Source: an uncultured Actinomycetota bacterium (GTDB taxonomy: Bacteria; Actinomycetota; Actinomycetes; Propionibacteriales; Nocardioidaceae). Taken from it: a stretch of 32,000 nt of DNA. Shown in pieces: positions 22,759-29,904 of the stretch. A program made the translations under genes and the position numbers. The stretch is from NCBI GenBank assembly GCA_963816325.1, contig CAWFKC010000003.1:19643-51642 (forward strand), given 5' to 3'. The notes beneath the pieces are model-generated. The model was not told the DNA's origin. It saw nothing but the letters and a program-made list of their open reading frames with translations, and searched no databases. Every line of letters starts with the position of its first letter. Position 1 is the stretch's first letter.

Positions 22759-23157
22759 ATGCACTCCTACCGGGTTGCCGAGGCCGCCGACCTCCTCGGC
22801 GTCAGCGACGACACTCTCCGGCGGTGGGTCGAGGCTGGACGACTTCCCGCCTCCCGCGGCTCCGACGGGCGTACGACGGTCGCCGGCCCCGACCTCGCCG
22901 CGTTCGCCAAGGACCTCGCCGACACCGGGCCGGACGGCGTCACTCGCGCCGCATCGGTGAGCGCGAGGAACCGGATGCGCGGGATCGTCACCGCCGTCAC
23001 CAAGGACACCGTGATGGCCCAGGTGGAGATGGTCTGCGGTCCCTACCGGATCGTCTCGCTGATGAGCTCCGAGGCCGCCGACGAACTCGGTCTCGAACCG
23101 GGCGTGCTGACCATCGCCTCGGTGAAGTCGACCAACGTCGTGGTGGAGCTGCCATGA
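22759..23157 (+). CDS. HTH (MerR/excisionase-type) + TOBE/Mop domain protein, putative molybdate-responsive regulator
   Basis: ATG 22759 (MHSYRVAEAADLLGVSDDTLRRWVEAGRLPA...); an in-frame ATG at 22741 is also possible. The C-terminus SARNRMRGIVTAVTKDTVMAQVEMVCGPYRIVSLMSSEAADELGLEPGVLTIASVKSTNVVV is a Mop/TOBE fold sequence. The stop overlaps the modA ATG. Confidence 0.85.
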   Translation: MHSYRVAEAADLLGVSDDTLRRWVEAGRLPASRGSDGRTTVAGPDLAAFAKDLADTGPDGVTRAASVSARNRMRGIVTAVTKDTVMAQVEMVCGPYRIVSLMSSEAADELGLEPGVLTIASVKSTNVVVELP

Positions 23158-24128
23158 GGCGCCGCGCAACCGGGGGTCCGACCGCGCCCGCGGCGGCGCA
23201 AGCGCCGACTCGGCGGGATTTCGCGGGGCACAAGCGCTCGGCGCAAGCGCCGACTCGGCGGGATTTCGCGGGGCACAAGCGCCGGCTCGGGGCGCAAGCG
23301 CCGACTCGGCGGGATTTCGCGGGGCACAAGCGCCGGCTCGGGGGTGGGCGCCGGCGGGTGGTCGGGCGGGGGGTGGTCGCGGCGGTGCTCGGGCTCGCGG
23401 CGCTGGCCGCGGTGACGGGCTGCAGCGACGGCAGCGCGGCGTCGGCCGGGAGGCACACCACGCTGACCGTGCTCGCGGCGTCCTCCCTGACCGAGTCGTT
23501 CGACGCGCTCGCCACGACGTTCGAGAAGCAGCACCCCGGAGTCGACGTACGCCTCACCTACGACTCGAGCGCCACCCTGGCGCAGCAGGCGGTCCAGGGC
23601 GCCCCCGGCGACGTGCTCGCCACCGCCGACACTCGCACCATGAGGACGGCCGTGGACGGCAAGGCGATCGCCGGTACCCCCCGCCGGTTCGCGACCAACC
23701 GGATGGTGCTGGTCGTCCCCCGCGCCAACCCCGCGCACCTGCGCGGGGTTACCGGGGTGTCCGCCCCCGGGGTCACGTTCGTGATGTGCGACCCCTCCGC
23801 GCCGTGCGGGGCGCTCGGTCGCCAGGTGCTGGCGCTGGCCGGGGTGCACGCGCGGCCGGCCAGCCTCGAGCCGGACGTGAAGTCGGTGCTGACCAAGGTG
23901 GCCCTCGACGAGGCGGACGCGGGGCTGGTGTACGCCACCGACGCCGCGAGCGCGCGCGCCAAGGTGCGCTCGTTCCCGATCCCGAACACCTCCGAGGCGG
24001 TCAACACCTACCTGATCGCGCCGGTGGCCTCGGCCGGTGAGCCGGACCTGGCCCGGGCCTGGGTACGCCTGGTCACCTCCCGGCACGGCCAGGACGTGCT
24101 GCGTGCCCACGGCTTCGGGCGGCCATGA
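23154..24128 (+). CDS. modA: Molybdate ABC transporter substrate-binding lipoprotein (start uncertain)
   Basis: LTVLAASSLTESFDALATTFEKQHPGVDVRLTYDSSATLAQQAVQGAPGDVLATAD and LVYATDA are ModA-typical. A lipobox is present (LAALAAVTGCSDG). ATG 23154 gives an ATGA overlap with the regulator gene but a roughly 66-aa pre-signal extension containing the tandem repeat. Alternative GTG starts at 23358 or 23373 give a normal lipoprotein signal peptide. Confidence 0.85.
   Translation: MRRRATGGPTAPAAAQAPTRRDFAGHKRSAQAPTRRDFAGHKRRLGAQAPTRRDFAGHKRRLGGGRRRVVGRGVVAAVLGLAALAAVTGCSDGSAASAGRHTTLTVLAASSLTESFDALATTFEKQHPGVDVRLTYDSSATLAQQAVQGAPGDVLATADTRTMRTAVDGKAIAGTPRRFATNRMVLVVPRANPAHLRGVTGVSAPGVTFVMCDPSAPCGALGRQVLALAGVHARPASLEPDVKSVLTKVALDEADAGLVYATDAASARAKVRSFPIPNTSEAVNTYLIAPVASAGEPDLARAWVRLVTSRHGQDVLRAHGFGRP
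23196..23343 (+). repeat. Three tandem copies of an identical 42-nt unit (offsets 45 and 51 nt) in the modA 5' region
   Basis: GCGCAAGCGCCGACTCGGCGGGATTTCGCGGGGCACAAGCGC occurs at 23196-23237, 23241-23282 and 23292-23333. Copies 2 and 3 are each followed by CGGCTCGGGG. Each unit contains the palindrome CGCCGA-C-TCGGCG. In the modA frame each encodes AQAPTRRDFAGHKR. Confidence 0.95.
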
Positions 24129-24937
24129 CCGCCGGCGCCCGGGCCGGGGGGCTCGGCCGGCCGCCCGCGCGACTGCTCCTGCCGGCAGCGTTCGCCGTCG
24201 CACTGCTGGTGCTGCCGCTCGTCTCCCTGCTGCAGCACACGCCGTGGGCCGGGCTGCCGCAGCGGCTGGGAGATCCGGCGATCCTCGACGCGCTGCGGCT
24301 CTCGCTGGTCACGTCCGCGGTCGCCGTCGCGCTGTGTGTGGTCCTCGGGCTGCCGCTGGCCTGGCTGCTGGCGCGGGTGCCGTTCCCCGGACGCGGCCTG
24401 CTGCGAGCACTGGTCACCGTCCCGCTGGTGCTTCCTCCCGTGGTCGCCGGCGTCGCGCTGCTCACCGCGTTCGGCCGCAACGGCCTGGTGGGCGGGCCGC
24501 TGGCGCAGTGGTGGGGCGTGACGATCCCCTACACGACGGCCGCGGTCGTGCTCGCGCACACGTTCGTGGCGCTGCCGTTCTTCGTGCTCTCGGTGGAGGG
24601 CGCCATCCGGGCCGCGGAGCCTGAGTACGACGTGGTCGCGGCGACCCTCGGCGCGGACCGCTGGACGACCTTCCGCCGCGTCACACTGCCGCTCGCCCTG
24701 CCCGGCATCGTGGCCGGGGTCGTGCTGGCCTGGGCCCGGTCCATCGGCGAGTTCGGCGCGACGATCACCTTCGCCGGCAGCTTCCCGGGCACCACCCGCA
24801 CCATGCCGCTGGCCGTCTACACCGCCCTGCAGACGGACTTCGAGGCGGCCATGGTGCTCAGCGTCATCCTGCTGCTGGTCTCGGTCGTGGTGCTGGCGCT
24901 GCTGCGCGACCGCTGGCTCGACCAGGCGGCCCGGTGA
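24125..24937 (+). CDS. modB: Molybdate ABC transporter permease
   Basis: 270 aa, with an ATGA overlap with modA. It has MetI-like TM domains with the EAA-type loop (AATLGADRWTTFRRVTLPLALPG) and FGATITFAGSFPGTTRTMPLAVY, typical of ModB/CysTW. Confidence 0.92.
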   Translation: MTAGARAGGLGRPPARLLLPAAFAVALLVLPLVSLLQHTPWAGLPQRLGDPAILDALRLSLVTSAVAVALCVVLGLPLAWLLARVPFPGRGLLRALVTVPLVLPPVVAGVALLTAFGRNGLVGGPLAQWWGVTIPYTTAAVVLAHTFVALPFFVLSVEGAIRAAEPEYDVVAATLGADRWTTFRRVTLPLALPGIVAGVVLAWARSIGEFGATITFAGSFPGTTRTMPLAVYTALQTDFEAAMVLSVILLLVSVVVLALLRDRWLDQAAR

Positions 24938-26025
24938 CGCCGGCGAGCGGAGTGCGCCGAGGGCCCGGGCTCGACGCCCACGTGGTGGTGCGCCGGCCCG
25001 AGCACACCCTCGACGTGCACCTCACCGCCGCGTCGGGCGACGTGGTCGCGGTCATCGGCCCCAACGGTGCGGGCAAGTCGACGCTGCTGAGGGCACTGGC
25101 CGGGGTGGTCCCGCTCAGCGAGGGCCGGATCCGCTGCGGCGACCGCACCTGGGAGAGCCCCGGGACGCGGGTGCACCCCCAGGACCGCGACGTCGGGATG
25201 GTCTTCCAGCCGCAGCTGCTCTTCCCGCACCTCGACGCACTCGCCAACGTCGCCTTCGGCCCGCGCAGCCGGGGCGTCGGCCGGCGGGAGGCCGCGGACC
25301 GGGCCCGCGACTGGCTGGAGCGCCTCGGGGTCGGCGACCTCGCCACCCGGCGGCCACGCCAGCTCTCCGGCGGCCAGGCCCAACGGGTGGCGATCGCGCG
25401 CGCGCTGGCCACCCGCCCGGGGCTGCTGCTGCTCGACGAGCCGCTGGCCGCCCTCGACGTGGGGGTCGCGATGGCGCTGCGCGTGGAGCTCACCGCCCAC
25501 CTCCGGGCGTACGACGGGGTGACGATCCTGGTCACCCACGACGCGCTGGACGCGATGACGCTGGCCAACCGGGTGCTCGTACTCGACGCCGGCCGGGTCG
25601 CGCAGGAGGGCACGCCGCAGGAGGTCGCGCGGCGGCCGCAGACCGACCACGTGGCCCGGCTGGTGGGGCTCAACGTGCTGCGCGGCACGAGCACCGGGAC
25701 CGACGTACGCCTCGACGACGGGACCACGCTGGTGTCGACCACGACCGCCGACGGCGAGGTGAACGCCTGCTTCAGCCCCACCGCCGTCACCCTGACCGTG
25801 GACGAGCCCACCGGGTCGGCCCGCAACCGCTGGCCCGGCACGGTGACCTCGGTCGCCCCGCACGGCGCCGCGGTCCGCGTGCACCTCGACGCGGTCTCCG
25901 GCCTGATCGCCGACGTCACGCCGGAGTCCGCCACCGGTCTGGGGCTGGCCCCGGGGCGCCGGGTGTGGGCGGCGGTGAAGGCGACCGAGATCACGGTCTA
26001 CGCCCCGTCCAGAACGCTCGGTTAG
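24934..26025 (+). CDS. modC: Molybdate ABC transporter ATP-binding protein with C-terminal TOBE domain
   Basis: 363 aa, with a GTGA overlap with modB. Walker A is GPNGAGKST, the signature is LSGGQAQRVAIARAL, and Walker B is LLLLDEP. A C-terminal Mop/TOBE-like segment is present (NRWPGTVTSVAPHGAAVRVHLD...VWAAVKATEITVY). Confidence 0.9.
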   Translation: MTPASGVRRGPGLDAHVVVRRPEHTLDVHLTAASGDVVAVIGPNGAGKSTLLRALAGVVPLSEGRIRCGDRTWESPGTRVHPQDRDVGMVFQPQLLFPHLDALANVAFGPRSRGVGRREAADRARDWLERLGVGDLATRRPRQLSGGQAQRVAIARALATRPGLLLLDEPLAALDVGVAMALRVELTAHLRAYDGVTILVTHDALDAMTLANRVLVLDAGRVAQEGTPQEVARRPQTDHVARLVGLNVLRGTSTGTDVRLDDGTTLVSTTTADGEVNACFSPTAVTLTVDEPTGSARNRWPGTVTSVAPHGAAVRVHLDAVSGLIADVTPESATGLGLAPGRRVWAAVKATEITVYAPSRTLG

Positions 26026-26034
26026 GATCCGGAC

Positions 26035-27066
26035 ATGGCTGAGACCCCGCTGTCGACCGGTTTGTCCGCCGCGCACGAGGCGCCCGACCGCAACCTGGCC
26101 CTGGAGCTGGTGCGCGTCACCGAGGCGGCCGCGATGGCCGCCGGACGCTGGGTGGGTCGCGGGGACAAGAACGGTGCGGACGGCGTGGCCGTCAACGCGA
26201 TGCGCACGCTGATCTCCACGGTCGGGATGCGCGGCACCGTGGTGATCGGCGAGGGCGAGAAGGACAACGCCCCGATGCTCTACAACGGCGAGCAGGTCGG
26301 CGACGGCACCGGGCCGGAGTGCGACGTCGCCGTGGACCCGATCGACGGCACCACCCTGGCCGCCAAGGGCATGATGAACGCGATCTCGGTGATGGCGGTC
26401 GCCCCGCGCGGGTCGATGTACGACCCCTCGGCGGTCTTCTACATGGAGAAGCTGGTCACCGGCCCGGAGGCGGCGGACGTCGTCGACATCCGCTACCCGG
26501 TCGCGGAGAACATCCACCAGGTGGCCAAGGCCAAGGGCAGCCGTCCCGAGGACGTCACCGTGGTGCTGCTCGACCGGCCGCGGCACGGCACCCTCGTCGA
26601 GGAGATCCGGTCGGCCGGCGCGCGGATCAAGTTCATCAGCGACGGCGACGTGGCGGGCGCGATCATGGCGGCACGCCCCGACACCGGCATCGACCTGCTG
26701 CTCGGCATCGGCGGGACGCCCGAGGGCATCATCGCGGCCTGCGCGATGAAGTGCCTCGACGGCGTGATCCAGGGCCGGCTGTGGCCCACCGACGACGAGG
26801 AGCGTCAACGCGCTGTCGACGCCGGCCACGACCTCGACTCCGACTCCGTGCTCACCACCGACGACCTGGTCACCGGCGACGACATCTTCTTCGTGGCCAC
26901 CGGGATCACCGACGGCGAGCTGATGAAGGGGGTGCGCTACCGCGCCGGTGGCTGCAGCACCCACTCGCTGGTGATGCGCTCGCGCAGCGGCACGATCCGC
27001 TCCATCAGCTCCGACCACAAGCTGCAGAAGCTGCGCTCGTACGCCGCGATCGACTTCGAGGGCTGA
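26035..27066 (+). CDS. glpX: Class II fructose-1,6-bisphosphatase
   Basis: 343 aa: [78 protein letters not shown], and [16 protein letters not shown]. Confidence 0.95.
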   Translation: MAETPLSTGLSAAHEAPDRNLALELVRVTEAAAMAAGRWVGRGDKNGADGVAVNAMRTLISTVGMRGTVVIGEGEKDNAPMLYNGEQVGDGTGPECDVAVDPIDGTTLAAKGMMNAISVMAVAPRGSMYDPSAVFYMEKLVTGPEAADVVDIRYPVAENIHQVAKAKGSRPEDVTVVLLDRPRHGTLVEEIRSAGARIKFISDGDVAGAIMAARPDTGIDLLLGIGGTPEGIIAACAMKCLDGVIQGRLWPTDDEERQRAVDAGHDLDSDSVLTTDDLVTGDDIFFVATGITDGELMKGVRYRAGGCSTHSLVMRSRSGTIRSISSDHKLQKLRSYAAIDFEG

Positions 27067-27071
27067 ACCGG

Positions 27072-28004
27072 ATGCATGCTGGCACGTTCGTGGTGGTCGG
27101 CGAGTCGCTGGTGGACATCGTGCTGCCGGCCGACGGCGAGCAGGCGCTGGCCCCGGGCGGGTCCCCGCTCAACGTCGCGGTCGGCCTGGCCCGGCTGGAC
27201 GTCGACACCCTGCTGGTGACCCAGCTCGGCGACGACGAGCACGGACGGCTGGTGGCCCAGCACGCCACCGGCAGCGCGGTGCGGCTGTCCGACACCGCCG
27301 TCGCGCCGGGCCGCCGGACCAGCACGGCCACCGCGCGGCTCGACCACGCCCACGCCGCGACCTACGACTTCGACCTGACCTGGGACCTCGAGCAGCACCG
27401 GCTGCCCGAGGACACCATCGGGGTGCACGTCGGCTCGCTCGGGGCCGTGCTGCGCCCGGGCCGGGAGGCGGTGCTGGACCTGCTGACCCAGGCCGAGGGC
27501 GGCTTCGTCTCCTACGACCCCAACATCCGGCCGGCGTTCGTGACCGACCCCGCCGCCGCCTGGCGCGACCTCACCGAGGTGGCCGCGCACGCCCGACTGG
27601 TGAAGTGCTCCGATGAGGACCTCGCCGTGCTGCGCCCCGGCCAGGAGGAGTCCTCGCTGGCGGCGGAGCTCCTCGCCGCCGGGCCGACCGAGCTCGTGGT
27701 GGTCACGCGGGGCGGCCGGGGCGCCACCGCCTACCGGCGCGACCTTCGGGTCGACGTACCCGCCCCGCCGACCACCGTGGTCGACACCGTCGGCGCGGGC
27801 GACTCGTTCATGTCCGCACTGCTGGCGATCCTCGCCGACTGGGGGCTGCTCGGCCTCGGCGAGGGCTCCCTGGAGGCGCTTTCCGAGCCCCGGCTCGCGC
27901 TGCTGCTCGAAGGCGCGGCGCAGGCGGCCGCGGTGACCTGCTCGCGGCGTGGGGCTAACCCACCGACGCGTCGGGAACTGCCGCCAACGTGGCCTGCCGG
28001 CTGA
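27072..28004 (+). CDS. PfkB-family carbohydrate kinase (fructokinase-like)
   Basis: ATG 27072 within track ORF 26319..28004 gives 310 aa: VVVGESLVDIV, GGSPLNVAVGLARL, the conserved DTVGAGDSF anion-hole motif, and VVVTRGGRGA. Confidence 0.85.
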   Translation: MHAGTFVVVGESLVDIVLPADGEQALAPGGSPLNVAVGLARLDVDTLLVTQLGDDEHGRLVAQHATGSAVRLSDTAVAPGRRTSTATARLDHAHAATYDFDLTWDLEQHRLPEDTIGVHVGSLGAVLRPGREAVLDLLTQAEGGFVSYDPNIRPAFVTDPAAAWRDLTEVAAHARLVKCSDEDLAVLRPGQEESSLAAELLAAGPTELVVVTRGGRGATAYRRDLRVDVPAPPTTVVDTVGAGDSFMSALLAILADWGLLGLGEGSLEALSEPRLALLLEGAAQAAAVTCSRRGANPPTRRELPPTWPAG

Positions 28005-28818
28005 CCTGGGCGGCACGCCGGGCGTTGTCCTCGGCCAGCGTCGAGGTCACGATGTCGAGCACGACCGGGTCGAACGCCATCCCGAGGTGGCTGGTGGAGA
28101 CCTCCACGGTGCGGGCCTGCGGGTCCAGACAGCTGCGCCAGTCGATGATCCCGTCGCGGCGCGAGTAGACCGACGTGAACGTCACGTCCCTGGGCAGCGG
28201 GGTGCGTGCCTGCTCCCAGCTGAGCTGGGCGCACTCGCCGGAGGTGCAGTCCTCCCCCATCATCCCGCCGAGGCCGGCCTTGCGGAGCTTGATGATCAGG
28301 GCCAGGTCCAGCAGCAGCAGCGAGTGCGCGGCTCCGGGGGCCAGGATCGGGCTGCCGAGCGTCACGATGCCCTCGACCAGGTCGGGACGCCGGGCGGCGA
28401 CGCCTCGGGCCAGCAGGCCGCCCAGGCTGTGCCCCACGATGCTCACCCGACGCTCGCGCTTGATCGCGATCGCCTCGATCCGTCGCTCCAGGGTCTCCGA
28501 GGCCTCCTGGGTGCAGCCGACGTTGGCGTGCATGGTCGAGCGGTACGTCCGGTGGCCCGCCTGTCGGAGCTGCCTCGCCATCAGCGACAGCGTGCCGTCA
28601 CCGGCCATGAACCCCGGCACGAGCACCACCGGGCCGAGCCCCCGCTCGGGAGTGCGGCCGGCATACGGCGTGGTCCGGCGCGTGCGTCCCTCGCTGCGCC
28701 GGCGCCGGACGTAGTGGGCCGCCTCGACCACCGCGCTGCCCTCGCGGGCGAGCGCGCGCAGTCCGGTGGGCCCCGCGAAGCCGGGGGGGCAGAGAAACGC
28801 GCCGAGAGGGGATGCCAT
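27955..28818 (-). CDS. Alpha/beta hydrolase, lipase/esterase-like
   Basis: ATG 28818 (MASPLGAFL...) within track ORF 27955..29814 gives 287 aa. It has the nucleophile elbow VSIVGHSLGGLLA, with VVLVPGFMAGDG upstream. The 3' end overlaps the kinase 3' end by 50 nt (convergent). Confidence 0.75.
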   Translation of the reverse strand: MASPLGAFLCPPGFAGPTGLRALAREGSAVVEAAHYVRRRRSEGRTRRTTPYAGRTPERGLGPVVLVPGFMAGDGTLSLMARQLRQAGHRTYRSTMHANVGCTQEASETLERRIEAIAIKRERRVSIVGHSLGGLLARGVAARRPDLVEGIVTLGSPILAPGAAHSLLLLDLALIIKLRKAGLGGMMGEDCTSGECAQLSWEQARTPLPRDVTFTSVYSRRDGIIDWRSCLDPQARTVEVSTSHLGMAFDPVVLDIVTSTLAEDNARRAAQVSRQATLAAVPDASVG

Positions 28819-28953
28819 GGTGTGACGGTAACCACAAAACGGGCGTTCCATGCGTCGCCACGCATAAACGCGAACCCGCGGCCTAGGCCAGGCCCCGGTG
28901 ACCCGGACCATGGCTAAACTCGCCGGCAACCTCCGTCCCCCCGAAAGGTGGCC

Positions 28954-29892
28954 ATGACTTCGTCGCGCGTCCCGGTTTCCGAGGAGCACTTCGCGCCGCT
29001 CCCCTCGGGCATCGACCTGTGCTACCAGACGTTCGGCGACCCGTCCGGCGAGCCGCTGCTGCTGGTGATGGGTCTCGGCGGTCCGATGACGTGGTGGAGC
29101 CCGGAGTTCTGCACGATGCTCGCGGAGCAGGGCTTCTTCGTGATCCGCTTCGACAACCGCGACGTGGGCCGGTCCACGCGGGTGCGCGCCCGGGTGACCC
29201 GCCGGATGATCGTGCGCACCTTCCTCAGCGGCCGCGGAAAGCCGCCCTACACGCTGCAGGAGATGGCCGACGACGCGTTCGGCCTGCTCGACCACCTGCA
29301 CATCGAGGCCGCCCACGTGGTCGGCATCTCGATGGGCGGCATGATCGTGCAGACCATGGCGATCAGCAACCCGGCACGGGTGCTCACGCTCACCTCGATC
29401 ATGTCCACCACCGGCCGCCGCAGCGTCGGCTGGCAGGACCCGAGGCTGCTGCCGCTGCTGCTCACACCGCGAGGCCGCTCCCGTGAGGCCTACGTCACCC
29501 ACTCCTCGCGGCTGTGGAAGATGATCGGCTCGCCGTTGTACCCCGACACGCCCGAGGCGGTGAGCGACCGCGCCGGCGAGACGTGGGACCGCGGCGTGAG
29601 CGCGGCCGGGGTGGCCCGGCAGATGGCCGCGATCCTCTCCCAGCCGGACCGCTCGCGCCGGCTGCGCAGCCTGCGGGTGCCGACGCTGGTGATCCACGGG
29701 ATGAGCGACAAGATGGTGCACGTCTCCGGCGGTCGCGCCACCTCGCGCTCGGTGCCCGGCTCGGAGCTGCTGCTGGTGCCCGGCATGGGGCACGACGTCC
29801 CGGTCGAGCTGCACGAGACCTTCGTCGAGGCGATCCGGCGCAACGCCGACCGGGCGTCCGGGGGCCGCCCCGCCCGCGCGTCCGGCTCCTGA
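28954..29892 (+). CDS. Alpha/beta hydrolase fold protein
   Basis: ATG 28954 has GAAAGG 5 nt upstream; GTG 28948 is also possible. 312 aa: PLLLVMGLGGPMTWW, nucleophile elbow HVVGISMGGMIVQ, and C-terminal PTLVIHGMSDKMV...PGMGHDVP (Asp/His of the triad). Confidence 0.85.
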   Translation: MTSSRVPVSEEHFAPLPSGIDLCYQTFGDPSGEPLLLVMGLGGPMTWWSPEFCTMLAEQGFFVIRFDNRDVGRSTRVRARVTRRMIVRTFLSGRGKPPYTLQEMADDAFGLLDHLHIEAAHVVGISMGGMIVQTMAISNPARVLTLTSIMSTTGRRSVGWQDPRLLPLLLTPRGRSREAYVTHSSRLWKMIGSPLYPDTPEAVSDRAGETWDRGVSAAGVARQMAAILSQPDRSRRLRSLRVPTLVIHGMSDKMVHVSGGRATSRSVPGSELLLVPGMGHDVPVELHETFVEAIRRNADRASGGRPARASGS

Positions 29893-29904
29893 GGGCCCGG
29901 AGCG

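Noticed and set aside
23196-23343. The tandem repeats near modA considered as a possible CRISPR array.
   Set aside because: The units are contiguous, with only 3 and 9 nt between the identical 42-nt cores (the longer 51-nt unit is directly tandem). There are no unique spacers of CRISPR length and no cas genes anywhere in the window.
4463-26034. Calling the accessory block a mobile element or genomic island.
   Set aside because: No integrase, transposase, recombinase, tRNA attachment site, terminal inverted repeats or flanking direct repeats could be found. Only the synteny argument remains, and it is reported as an inference-level finding instead.
27955-28004. The 50-nt convergent overlap of the PfkB kinase and lipase-like gene 3' ends as a possible antisense regulatory arrangement.
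   Set aside because: Both C-termini are poorly conserved tails whose true ends cannot be verified here. Such overlaps are common in GC-rich genomes, where stop codons are rare. There is not enough evidence for a functional claim.
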